Source of the DNA: an uncultured archaeon
Lineage (GTDB): Archaea > Altiarchaeota > Altiarchaeia > IMC4 > SCGC-AAA252-I15
Assembly: GCA_964587725.1 (NCBI GenBank)
Contig: CAZPLO010000002.1
Location: 6,314-25,420 of the forward strand
Direction: 5' to 3'
DNA length: 19,107 nucleotides
Notes under the pieces: model-generated
The model's database searches: none
The model's input: the letters and a program-made list of their open reading frames with translations, nothing else
What the model was told of the DNA's origin: nothing
Shown: piece after piece, positions 8,401 through 15,943 of the stretch
Layout: each line of letters opens with the position of its first letter
Position numbering within the stretch: position 1 is the first letter of the stretch
Translations under genes and position numbers: made by a program

Positions 8401-8692
8401 TGCTCCGCAACGCCTGCTCCGCGCTCCTCTCCAGTTCCTGCTTGCCGGCGTATTCCTCAACGTCCAGCAGCGAATCCAGTATGTCGGACACGTTGTCCCT
8501 GCCCTTCTCCCGTATCATGTTGGCTATGCCCTTGGGGCCGACGAGACCCTCCACCCGCGCTGCGAGGTCTCCGGCGGGCAGCGCCTCCACGTCGGGGTTG
8601 GGGTCGTGGCCTTGTTTCCTGGCCTCCGCTGCCGCCGCGTAGATTCTGTCAATCTCCTCCGTCAACCCTCTGTGGTATTCGTCAGTGTCCAT
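5408..8692 (-). CDS. polC: DNA polymerase D large subunit DP2
   Basis: 1094 aa. YFAGPIRSAGGTAQ, GGFRLRYG, RMGRPEKA, FKDGTIRFDATD, GLAPHTSAG, catalytic HAAKRRNCDGDED, Zn fingers, and C-terminal PIP box QVSLADF. No intein. Confidence 0.98.
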   Translation of the reverse strand: MDTDEYHRGLTEEIDRIYAAAAEARKQGHDPNPDVEALPAGDLAARVEGLVGPKGIANMIREKGRDNVSDILDSLLDVEEYAGKQELERSAEQALRSTLAILTEGVVAAPIEGVSGVNVEENPDGSQYLSIYFAGPIRSAGGTAQGLAVLVGDYIRTKLGLSGYRPTKDEVERYVEEIKLYDERASRLQYMPSEDEIREIVTNLQVCVNGDPTEDVEVAIHRDLPRVNSNRVRGGMCLVIAEGLAQKSRKVMKYAGKMGLDWSWLGGIKKQASDDSEEKPKAKFMDEVVGGRPIFSAPSAKGGFRLRYGHSRCNGIAAKSMHPATLILLDDFIATGTQVKVEKPGKGCVVTECDTIEGPVVKLEDDSVVRVETREIAYELKDDVAEILFLGDILVSYGDFLQTNTRLIPSGYVEEWWALETGLKGTPGPADAVELAKKGGKPLHPKYTYHWADATPKELNRLVDWLVTGELGDELVLENDTNAKRILELLGVPHQVKDGRVHIIEHMPLLAQLGLEDLDRSRFDKACEGLDGEDGFELISKTSSVKIRRKVGAYIGCRMGRPEKARERKMHPAVHSLFPIGNAGGRQRSINQAVEKLSVEVEVSQFICPKCRKRIITPVCPDCGVKAVGMRFCRICGYTGDKDVCPRCRVDAQQYSKHNVELKALWDKAIERVGRSTNVKGVIGMISESKVPEPLEKGLLRALNGTYVFKDGTIRFDATDVPLTHFRPREVGVAVNRLRDLGYDRDIHGEELSSEDQVLELKTQDIVVSEYCGKYMVKVAKFVDELLAKFYGLEPYYGVADPGELVGHLVVGLAPHTSAGIIGRIIGFTKANVCYAHPFWHAAKRRNCDGDEDSILLLMDVLLNFSRSYLPEKRGGKMDAPLVVTTVMNPREIDDEAHKMEVVDSYGLEFYEKTLEGMNPSAVEVKTVSKLLDSNPYSGLKFTHDTGDINGPVTSSRYVTLKSMADKIEAQLAVAEKIRAIDEREVAEIVINSHFLRDTYGNLRAFSRQRFRCVKCNANYRRVPLAGKCTKCGGRILLTVSQGNITKYLGMSKKLAEKYNLSDYLKSRLNLLEKDVESLTTNDLEKQVSLADFM

Positions 8693-10196
8693 TTCCGCTG
8701 AAGTCGAGCATCATCACCTCGTGGTTCTGCAGGTTCATCACCGGGACCAGGCAGGGGGTGGGCTGGTGGCCCAGCCGCTCCTGATACTCTGTCTTAGCCT
8801 GCCACGTTCCAGAGTTGATGACGTTCACGCCCCTATACTGGGCGTATCCGTTGGTGTGGACGTGTCCGCAGTGGAACACGTCCGGCACGTCTTTTATGAA
8901 CAAATAATCCTTTTCCTCCGGAGAGATGCTGTCGCTGCCGTACGTGGGGACCAGATGCCTCCTCCGCAGGTATTCCATCATCGCCGCCTCCGGCCTTGAA
9001 TAGGTTGAGCCTGACAGGCTGCCGATTATGGTGTCCAGTGAGGTGCCGTGGTACATGAGGAATTCGACTCCGTGTGCGCTGAACCGGGCGGGGTTGCCGA
9101 CCACGTGCACGTTCGGCAGCTCATACAGGCTCCCGGCTATCTCCCGGGCTATCCTAGGCTGCGGCTCCGCGTTACGCACCGCATCGTGGTTGCCCATACC
9201 GGCCACCACCTCGATGTGATCGGGTATCTCCCCCAGGAGCAGGCTGAGGAACTCGTACTGTCTGCTAATATCCGGTATCGTTAGCTCCTTCTCCTGCTGC
9301 GGGTAAATGCCTATGCCGTCCACCAAGTCCCCTGCGATGAACACGTACTTGACGCTGTTGGCTATCTCACGGCGGTTGCCTCTGCCGTTCAGCCAGTCTA
9401 TGAAACTCTGGAACTGCTTCTCCAGGAACAAATAGCTTCCGACGTGGGTGTCCGACAGGAACACGGCATACACTTCCTCGTCCGCGTACCTGCGGGGGTG
9501 GTTCAACGGTATGTCCGGCTGGGTTATGTCCGACGCAATGAACAAGTCGCCTTTTAACACGCCCTCCAACCCTATGACCTCGTCGTATAATATGCGGTCG
9601 TAAGCCTCCACCAAGCGGCGGTCACGGTCGGAAACCAAGACGGTGAGCTCTCCGGTGGGGTCCTCCACATCCAGGAAACGGTATCCTTTGCTGCTCTCAC
9701 GTTTGTCGGAGACCATGCATATGATGCGGGCGCGCTCCCCCCGCGCCTCCCTCCTCAATTGCTCTATGGAGATGGGGCTCCGGTATTCCACGTGCTCCTG
9801 TATCACGGATTTGAGGTTGTCGTATCTGCCGTTGAAGTAGTTGATGAAGTCCTCCACCTGCCCGGAGCAGGTGCTCTTCCCCGTGACCTCGCCGTCGTCG
9901 TGTATCTCCAGCAGGGATTCGATGTCGCAGGCCGCCGGCTTACGGGTTTTCACCACCTCTGCGGACTCTAAGTCCACATCGGGGGTTTCGCATACTACGC
10001 CGCCCCCGCCGTCTTCTTCCTCCAGATACCCCGGATTGATGAACCAGTCGCCGGAGTCCCTGGCCTTCTGGAACGCGCCCTCGTAGTCGAGGCCCAATTC
10101 CACTATCCTGTCGAGTGCGGCGGCACTGACGACCAGCCCGTACTCTGCAGCCTTGTCTGTTACCTGCTTCTTGTCTACGCCAACTTCACCGCTCAT
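8682..10196 (-). CDS. polB: DNA polymerase D small (proofreading exonuclease) subunit DP1
   Basis: 504 aa. OB-fold region, then phosphoesterase motifs SDTHVGS, AGDLVDGIGIYP, GNHD, YHG, GHVH, NSGTWQ. Overlaps the DP2 start by 11 nt. Confidence 0.97.
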   Translation of the reverse strand: MSGEVGVDKKQVTDKAAEYGLVVSAAALDRIVELGLDYEGAFQKARDSGDWFINPGYLEEEDGGGGVVCETPDVDLESAEVVKTRKPAACDIESLLEIHDDGEVTGKSTCSGQVEDFINYFNGRYDNLKSVIQEHVEYRSPISIEQLRREARGERARIICMVSDKRESSKGYRFLDVEDPTGELTVLVSDRDRRLVEAYDRILYDEVIGLEGVLKGDLFIASDITQPDIPLNHPRRYADEEVYAVFLSDTHVGSYLFLEKQFQSFIDWLNGRGNRREIANSVKYVFIAGDLVDGIGIYPQQEKELTIPDISRQYEFLSLLLGEIPDHIEVVAGMGNHDAVRNAEPQPRIAREIAGSLYELPNVHVVGNPARFSAHGVEFLMYHGTSLDTIIGSLSGSTYSRPEAAMMEYLRRRHLVPTYGSDSISPEEKDYLFIKDVPDVFHCGHVHTNGYAQYRGVNVINSGTWQAKTEYQERLGHQPTPCLVPVMNLQNHEVMMLDFSGNGH

Positions 10197-10197
10197 C

Positions 10198-11112
10198 CTA
10201 TTCAGAGAGAATGTGTTTTATCTTCTCCACCACCACCGTTCCCGCGTTTATCTGCGCCTCGTCGGTGTTGGCGCCGAGGTGCGGCACCGCCAGTATGTTG
10301 TCCAATCCCAGCAGCGGACTGCCTTCCGGGGGCTCATTCTTGTACACGTCCAACGCCGCACCCGCTATCCCGTTGGCTTTAAGGACTTTGTGGAGTGCTT
10401 CCTCGTCCACCGCGTGCCCGCGGGAGGTGTTCACCAGCACGGCCGTCGGCTTCATCATCTTCAGCCTCTCCCAGTTGATGAGGTCTTTCGTGGCAGGTAT
10501 CGCCGGCACGTGGAGGGACACGACGTCCGCCCGCTTCAGCAGCTCGTCGAGTTCAGCGTATTCCGCGTTGTATTCCCTCATGTCCTCCGACGTGAGTGCG
10601 GGGTCGTATGCGATAACTTCCATGCCGAATGATTTGGCGCGCATCGCCACCTCACGGCCTATGCGCCCGAACCCTATGAGGCCGAGTGTTTTCCCGTATA
10701 GTTCGTTGCCCACGAAGCTCTTCCGCTCCCACTTGCCCTCCCGCAGGCTCCTCTCCGCCTTGTGTGTTTTCCGCATCACAGCCAGCATCAATCCGACGGC
10801 GTGCTCGGCGACGCTGATAGTCGATGCCTCCGGCGAGTTAACCACCTGTATGCGCGCCTTCTCCGCAGCCTTCAGGTCGATGTTGTCCAACCCCACGCCA
10901 GCGCGCCCTATCACCTTCAGCTTCTTGCCTGCGAGTATCATCTTCTCCGTGACTTTCGGCTTGCTTCTGACGATGATTGCGTCATAGTCCCCTATCGCCC
11001 CCGCCAGCTCGTCCTCGGTGAGGCCGGGTTTCACGTCTATGTCCGCGAACTCCCTGGCCTTCTCCACCGCCTTGTCGTGGATTTTGCTGGCAGCCAAAAT
11101 CTTAGGTTTCAT
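10198..11112 (-). CDS. serA: D-3-phosphoglycerate dehydrogenase (short form, no ACT domain) / D-2-hydroxyacid dehydrogenase
   Basis: IIVRSKPKVT, GRAGVGLDNID, SVAEHA, GLIGFGRIG, NTSRG, ALDVYKNEPP, PHLGANTDEAQ. Start placed at ATG 11112 (MKPKIL). Substrate inferred only. Confidence 0.8.
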   Translation of the reverse strand: MKPKILAASKIHDKAVEKAREFADIDVKPGLTEDELAGAIGDYDAIIVRSKPKVTEKMILAGKKLKVIGRAGVGLDNIDLKAAEKARIQVVNSPEASTISVAEHAVGLMLAVMRKTHKAERSLREGKWERKSFVGNELYGKTLGLIGFGRIGREVAMRAKSFGMEVIAYDPALTSEDMREYNAEYAELDELLKRADVVSLHVPAIPATKDLINWERLKMMKPTAVLVNTSRGHAVDEEALHKVLKANGIAGAALDVYKNEPPEGSPLLGLDNILAVPHLGANTDEAQINAGTVVVEKIKHILSE

Positions 11113-11131
11113 GACAGAATATTTGGAAGCC

Positions 11132-11143
11132 ATTATTATTAAT
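11132..11143. promoter_or_regulatory. Single AT element likely serving as a bidirectional TATA for serA-polD and pyrDKEF
   Basis: ATTATTATTAAT centred in the 52-bp gap, about 20 nt from both ATG 11112 (-) and ATG 11165 (+). Confidence 0.45.
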
Positions 11144-11164
11144 CCCAAGGTAATATGTTACGGC

Positions 11165-12085
11165 ATGCCCGACTTAAGCGTGAAATTCGCGGGAATGGAG
11201 CTCTCAAACCCCACCATACTGGCTTCCGGCATAATGGGCTCCACCAAGGCATCCCTCGCCAAGGTCGTCAAGGCCGGCGCCGGGGCTGTGACCATAAAAT
11301 CCGTTACGAAGGAGCCGCGTTCCGGCCACCCCAACCCCACCGTCGTGGAGGTGGAGGGAGGATTCCTCAACGCAATAGGATACAGCAACATGGGGTTGGA
11401 GAACGCGAAGATGGAGTACGCCGGCGTCTCCGCTGCGGGGGCGCCGGTCATAGCGAGTATCGTGGCTGAGGACGCGGAAGGGTTCGCGTACCTGGCGGGG
11501 GAGTTCTCCGGCATGGAGTTCTCGGCAGTTGAAGTTGTGCTGTCCTGCCCGCACACCCCCGGGTTGGGGTTGCTGGCCGGCCACGGAACACCGGAAGCCA
11601 CCTCTGAGATCACGAAGGCGGTTAAGCGGGCGACGAAGCTGCCGGTTATCGTGAAGCTATCTCCGAACACCCTAGGGCTGGGGGAGATTGCGAAGGCGGC
11701 CGCGAAGGCGGGGGCGGACGCGTTGAACATGGGCAACAGCATGGGTCCGGGGATGGTGATAGACACCGCCTCAGCGAAGCCGGTATTGGGGTTCAAGATC
11801 GGCGGCATGTCCGGGCCGATAGTTAAGCCGATAGCGATAAGGTGCGTGTACGACGTCTACGAGGCGACGCGGGGCAAGATACCGATTATAGGCACTGGCG
11901 GCGTCGTCAAGGGCTCGGACGCGGCGGAGATGATGCTGGCCGGCGCCACCGCCGTGGGAGTCGGCACCGGCGTATACTACAGCGGGTTGGAGGTGTTCAA
12001 GCTCGTAGCAGAGGGGTTGAAGGAGCAGATGGTCCGCAGGGGGGTGGACAACGTTAAAGACCTGGTTGGTGTGGCGCATGGATAA
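11165..12085 (+). CDS. pyrD: Dihydroorotate dehydrogenase, family 1B catalytic subunit
   Basis: NPTILASG, AGAVTIKS, GHPNPT, NAIG, SCPH active-site loop, PVIVKLSPN, GGMSG, PIIGTGG, AGATAVGVGT. Followed by pyrK. Start at ATG 11165. Confidence 0.93.
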   Translation: MPDLSVKFAGMELSNPTILASGIMGSTKASLAKVVKAGAGAVTIKSVTKEPRSGHPNPTVVEVEGGFLNAIGYSNMGLENAKMEYAGVSAAGAPVIASIVAEDAEGFAYLAGEFSGMEFSAVEVVLSCPHTPGLGLLAGHGTPEATSEITKAVKRATKLPVIVKLSPNTLGLGEIAKAAAKAGADALNMGNSMGPGMVIDTASAKPVLGFKIGGMSGPIVKPIAIRCVYDVYEATRGKIPIIGTGGVVKGSDAAEMMLAGATAVGVGTGVYYSGLEVFKLVAEGLKEQMVRRGVDNVKDLVGVAHG

Positions 12086-12851
12086 GCCGGAGACGACCCG
12101 CGTACTGGGGGTGCGCGAGCACTCTCCCGTCCACCGCACCTTCGTGTTGGACCGTGAAGTGGACGCCCGCCCGGGCCAGTTCTGCATGCTGTGGATTCCT
12201 GGGGTCAATGAGAAGCCGATGAGCTTCAGCGGCGTCGACGGGAAGGCGGAGGTGACGGTGAAGAAACGGGGCACCTTTACTTCTCACCTGTTCATGCTGG
12301 ATGCGGGCGACGAAATAGGTTTCCGCGGTCCATACGGCACGGGGTTCGAGTACGTGGCCGGAGACGTGTGTGTGGTCGGCGGCGGATGCGGTATAGCCCC
12401 CTTAAGGCCGCTGAAGGACCGCCTGCGCGGGCACGTCGTGCTGGCGGCCAGGGATGCGAACAGTCTGTTGTTCGTGGAGGACTTCCAGAATTCTGACTTC
12501 AAGGTCCACGTGGCGACGGACGACGGCAGCGCCGGCGAGAAGGCGTTGGCCCATGAGGTGTTGGCTGGGCTGCTGGAGGATTTGACGTTCACGTGCGTGT
12601 ACTGCTGCGGGCCGGAGCCGATGATGAAGAAGGTGTTGGACGTGTGCTTGGAACACGATGTTCCCTCGCAGTTTTCGCTGGAACGCCACATGAAATGTGG
12701 CGTCGGCTTGTGCGGGTCATGCACCATCGCAGGCCACCGCGTCTGCAAGGAGGGGCCGGTGTTCAGGGGAAGGCAGCTGGCTGGGACGGAGTTCGGGTCG
12801 TACACGAGGGACGCGTCGGGTTCGAGGAGGGCTTTGGATGGAAGCTGCTGA
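12078..12851 (+). CDS. pyrK: Dihydroorotate dehydrogenase electron transfer subunit
   Basis: RPGQFCMLW, EKPMS, RGPYG, VGGGCGIAP, CGPEPM and the [2Fe-2S] motif SLERHMKCGVGLCGSC...VCKEGPVF. Start at ATG 12078, overlapping the pyrD end. Confidence 0.95.
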   Translation: MDKPETTRVLGVREHSPVHRTFVLDREVDARPGQFCMLWIPGVNEKPMSFSGVDGKAEVTVKKRGTFTSHLFMLDAGDEIGFRGPYGTGFEYVAGDVCVVGGGCGIAPLRPLKDRLRGHVVLAARDANSLLFVEDFQNSDFKVHVATDDGSAGEKALAHEVLAGLLEDLTFTCVYCCGPEPMMKKVLDVCLEHDVPSQFSLERHMKCGVGLCGSCTIAGHRVCKEGPVFRGRQLAGTEFGSYTRDASGSRRALDGSC

Positions 12852-13452
12852 GGCCGCAAGGCTGCTGCTGGAGGTTGGGGCACTGTCTTTCAACGTGGAC
12901 GAACCATTCACCTTCGCTTCAGGAATAAAGAGTCCCGTGTACGTGGACTGCCGCCTACTCATATCAGACGTGGCGCGGAGGAAGGAGATGGTTGATGCGC
13001 TTGCGGAGGATATCAAAGCAGCGGATTCGGACGTCGTCGCAGCCACCGCGTCCGCGGGCATACCCTGGGGTTCCTGGGTCGCCGCAGAACTGGACAAACC
13101 CCTGGTCTACGTGCGGAAGAAGGGGAAAGGCCACGGGAAAGGCAAACGCATCGAGGGGGTGGTTAATGGTTCAGCCGCGGTGGTGGAGGATCTGGTGAGC
13201 ACGGGCATGAGCTCCCTAGCGGCCGTGGAGGCGCTCCGCGATGCAGGGGCCAAAGTGGAGGATTGCTTCTGCATATTCGCATACGGCATGGAATCCGCCG
13301 TTAATGCATTCAAAAACGCAGGCGTCCAAGTACATACGCTCTCAGACTTCAAGACGGCCTTGGAGGCAGCGGTGGGGATGGAATACCTGACCTCCGACCA
13401 GGCCGGCAGGGCCCTTGAATGGTTGAACGACCCTGAGGGGTGGAGCATATGA
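12838..13452 (+). CDS. pyrE: Orotate phosphoribosyltransferase
   Basis: FTFASGIKSPVYVDCR, ATASAGIPW, YVRKKGKGHG and PRPP motif VVEDLVSTGMSS. Start at ATG 12838. Confidence 0.95.
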   Translation: MEAAEAARLLLEVGALSFNVDEPFTFASGIKSPVYVDCRLLISDVARRKEMVDALAEDIKAADSDVVAATASAGIPWGSWVAAELDKPLVYVRKKGKGHGKGKRIEGVVNGSAAVVEDLVSTGMSSLAAVEALRDAGAKVEDCFCIFAYGMESAVNAFKNAGVQVHTLSDFKTALEAAVGMEYLTSDQAGRALEWLNDPEGWSI

Positions 13453-14243
13453 GTTTCATTGAACTGTACGAGAAAACCAGGGACGAGAAGGACAGCATAC
13501 TGTGCGTGGGATTGGACCCCGCGCTGCCGGACCAGCGGAGGACCGACGTCATCAAAAAGCGCTACCCCGGCGACGAAGGCGACGTGATACTGCAGTTCTG
13601 CATGGAGATAGTGGACGCTGTCGCGGAACACTGTTGCGCAGTGAAACTGAACAGCCAGTACGTGCTGTTCGCGCTTAGTTCGTCTAAGCTGGAGTCGCTG
13701 AACCAGCTGATACACAGCCACGGCCTCATCTCCATACTAGACCACAAGCTCGGCGACATAGGCTCGAGCAACGACAGCGCGTTATACTGGGTTAGCAAGT
13801 GCGGGTTCGACGCCGTCACCTTCAGCCCGTTCGCAGGCAACATCCGGGAGGCGACGGACATGGCGCATCACCGCGACCTCGGAATCATCGTGCTGGATTT
13901 GATGAGCAACCCGGAGGCGGAGGGTTTTCACCGGAAGACCCGGTTCAACCAGACCCCCCTGTTCGTTCGGGTGGCGGGGGATGTCCGCCATGCGGGCAGC
14001 GACGGCGTCGTCGTAGGGGCGACAAACCACGTCCGGGAGGTGGACATCCAGAAGATACGGAAGACCGTCGGCGACGACACCATCATGCTGTTCCCGGGCG
14101 TCGGCCGCCAGGGCGGCGACGCAGACAAGATACTGTCCAACGCCGGCGACAACGTGTTGTTGAATGTCGGGCGCAGCATCATCTACCACCCCGACCCCGG
14201 CAAGACCGCCGCCGAATACAACAAACGGCTAAGGAAAGATTAA
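13449..14243 (+). CDS. pyrF: Orotidine 5'-phosphate decarboxylase (LCVGLDP subfamily)
   Basis: LCVGLDP, AVK, catalytic D-x-K-x-x-D (LDHKLGDIG), MSNP, GVVVGAT, LFPGVGRQGG, NVGRSII. ATGA overlap with pyrE. Confidence 0.95.
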   Translation: MSFIELYEKTRDEKDSILCVGLDPALPDQRRTDVIKKRYPGDEGDVILQFCMEIVDAVAEHCCAVKLNSQYVLFALSSSKLESLNQLIHSHGLISILDHKLGDIGSSNDSALYWVSKCGFDAVTFSPFAGNIREATDMAHHRDLGIIVLDLMSNPEAEGFHRKTRFNQTPLFVRVAGDVRHAGSDGVVVGATNHVREVDIQKIRKTVGDDTIMLFPGVGRQGGDADKILSNAGDNVLLNVGRSIIYHPDPGKTAAEYNKRLRKD

Positions 14244-14282
14244 CAAAAGTGCATGAAAGATGTACATTTGTTAATCTTTCAT
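14234..14282. repeat. 21-bp AT-rich inverted repeat (19/21) spanning the pyrF stop, with an alternative 9-bp hairpin
   Basis: GAAAGATTAACAAAAGTGCAT (14234-14254) / GAAAG / ATGTACATTTGTTAATCTTTC (14260-14280). ATGAAAGAT (14253-14261) also pairs with ATCTTTCAT (14274-14282). Confidence 0.8.
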
Positions 14283-14308
14283 ATTTAAAAGTTAACCTGT
14301 GTTCCCTG

Positions 14309-14316
14309 TATTTAAT
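14309..14316 (+). promoter_or_regulatory. Putative TATA box for the GT2 gene
   Basis: TATTTAAT, 23 nt upstream of ATG 14340. Confidence 0.45.
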
Positions 14317-14339
14317 CTTGTATGTCCCAAAACTATCAT

Positions 14340-15041
14340 ATGGCTGTCGAATCCGTGATCGCCGTCGTGCCGGCATTCAACGAGGAGAAATACCTGGCGG
14401 GCGTTCTGGGCCCCCTCGTTGAAGCCCGTAAAAGGGGCACAGTGGATGAGGTGGTCGTGGTGGACGACGGCAGCACCGACCAAACATCCGAGGTGGCCGG
14501 CAAATACCCTGTTACCCTGATGAAAAACGACACCAACCGGGGGAAGTCTGACGTGTTCCGGAAGGCGGCTAGATACTGCCGGGATAAAGGCGCGGGCGTC
14601 ATGGTGATGATGGACGCGGACGTCCTGGACCTCACACCCGAGAAGGTGGAGGCGCTGGTGAAACCGTTAAGGGAAAACCCCTCGCTGTCGATGGTGGTCG
14701 GCAACCAATTGGAGGGGGGGGAAGAAAATAGTGAAGACGAGGTTACGCTTACGTTCGGGGGCATCCGCGCATTGAGGGCCGCTTCGCTGGAACCGCTGCT
14801 CCAGGGAGACCCCCTGTGGAACGCGCTTATCGGCAAACGATTCATGCTGGAGGCCGGACTCTACCGCCTCATACCAAAATCCGAAACCACGCTGCTCAAG
14901 GACGTCAGATTCAACTGCAGGACAATCAACAGGGGGGACCGCCGCCAGGAGGAGGTGGAGATGCTGGACTCCGCCAGGGTCAAGCGTGAACTCGACAAAT
15001 TCCTGAAAAAAGGGATAATCCCCCCCGGCTTGAGGAATTAA
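14340..15041 (+). CDS. Glycosyltransferase family 2 (GT-A fold)
   Basis: VVPAFNEE, VVVVDDGSTD, NRGK and DxD motif MMDAD. Start at ATG 14340 preferred (alternative 14322). Confidence 0.9.
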   Translation: MAVESVIAVVPAFNEEKYLAGVLGPLVEARKRGTVDEVVVVDDGSTDQTSEVAGKYPVTLMKNDTNRGKSDVFRKAARYCRDKGAGVMVMMDADVLDLTPEKVEALVKPLRENPSLSMVVGNQLEGGEENSEDEVTLTFGGIRALRAASLEPLLQGDPLWNALIGKRFMLEAGLYRLIPKSETTLLKDVRFNCRTINRGDRRQEEVEMLDSARVKRELDKFLKKGIIPPGLRN

Positions 15042-15943
15042 ACCTTCAGTATCTCTTTCGGGTTTTCCACCGTCATCTGCCGGAAGTCTTTTTCTCCGAG
15101 GCCGTGGGGTTCCAGCAGCTTCACATACTCCCTCAAGCATTCGCTGCTGCCTGGGTTGCGGAGCTGGCCTGCGTCACTGGTCAACAACACATGCTCCGGC
15201 CCTATCTCGTTCATCGCCGAAGCCTGCTCCTCCAGGGGGTAGTCGCCGGGGTTGTCCCTGTCCAAATACATTATGTAGCAGTACTCTATGTAAGCGCCCT
15301 TGCCGGCGAGCTCCACCTGTTTATCCACCGGCATGGCGATGTCACGCTGCATGGGGTGTGTTACTATCGGCGTTATCCCCCTGTCCAACGCCTCGTCCAC
15401 TAGCTTCTCAGCCTCCTTCCATGAGACGTGGCCGGTGGCCAGTATACAATCCATCTCCGCCATCGTGTCCAGGCAGTTCTCCGCCTTCCTGATGAGCTTG
15501 CCCGCCCAGTTGGTGACCTTGATGGCCTTCAACTCCGTCTTGGGCCGGGGCTTGAACGACGGGTCCTTAACCCACTCCGGGGGTATCTCGTACTCGCTCT
15601 TGTTCTGCACCAGGTGGTTTTCCGCGTGGACGGTGGGGAACCACACGATGATTGGGTTGTCCCTGCTCATAACCGAGCTCGCGTATATCGCGGACTCGTT
15701 GAACCCGCCCATGAAATAGTTCAACGTAATGGAGCCTATGAGGTCTATGTTCCCGTCCTTGACGGCGTTTATCAACGCTATGGTTGGGAAGCTGTGGCTC
15801 TTCAACGCCACACCCCGTATCCTGCCTGACTCCTCCCGTATGAGGTCCTCGACCGTGTATTTCCTAGGCAGTATGTCCGGCCCTATGTGGAAGTGGAGGT
15901 CATAGGAGTCCTTCACCAGGTCCGCGAGTCTCTTATCGTCCAT
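15038..15943 (-). CDS. Metal-dependent TIM-barrel amidohydrolase-like protein (DUF6282-like)
   Basis: YDLHFHIGPD, ALKSH, WFPT, LATGHVS, IVTHP, GAYIEYC, LTSDAGQ pattern. ATG 15943 with SD-like AGGTGG. Overlaps the upstream deaminase end. Confidence 0.8.
   Translation of the reverse strand: MDDKRLADLVKDSYDLHFHIGPDILPRKYTVEDLIREESGRIRGVALKSHSFPTIALINAVKDGNIDLIGSITLNYFMGGFNESAIYASSVMSRDNPIIVWFPTVHAENHLVQNKSEYEIPPEWVKDPSFKPRPKTELKAIKVTNWAGKLIRKAENCLDTMAEMDCILATGHVSWKEAEKLVDEALDRGITPIVTHPMQRDIAMPVDKQVELAGKGAYIEYCYIMYLDRDNPGDYPLEEQASAMNEIGPEHVLLTSDAGQLRNPGSSECLREYVKLLEPHGLGEKDFRQMTVENPKEILKV

Noticed and set aside
11018-11164. N-terminal extensions of pyrD (from 11018) and serA (from 11148) in the ORF track
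   Set aside because: They overlap each other and the promoter gap. Family-like sequence starts at 11165 and 11112.
12697-12837. Long N-terminal extension of pyrE
   Set aside because: It overlaps the conserved Fe-S region of pyrK. ATG 12838 gives a normal-length PyrE.
14244-14339. AT-rich gap as a replication origin or CRISPR remnant
   Set aside because: No ORB-like GTTCCAGTGGAAAC boxes, no cdc6 nearby, and no regularly spaced direct repeats.
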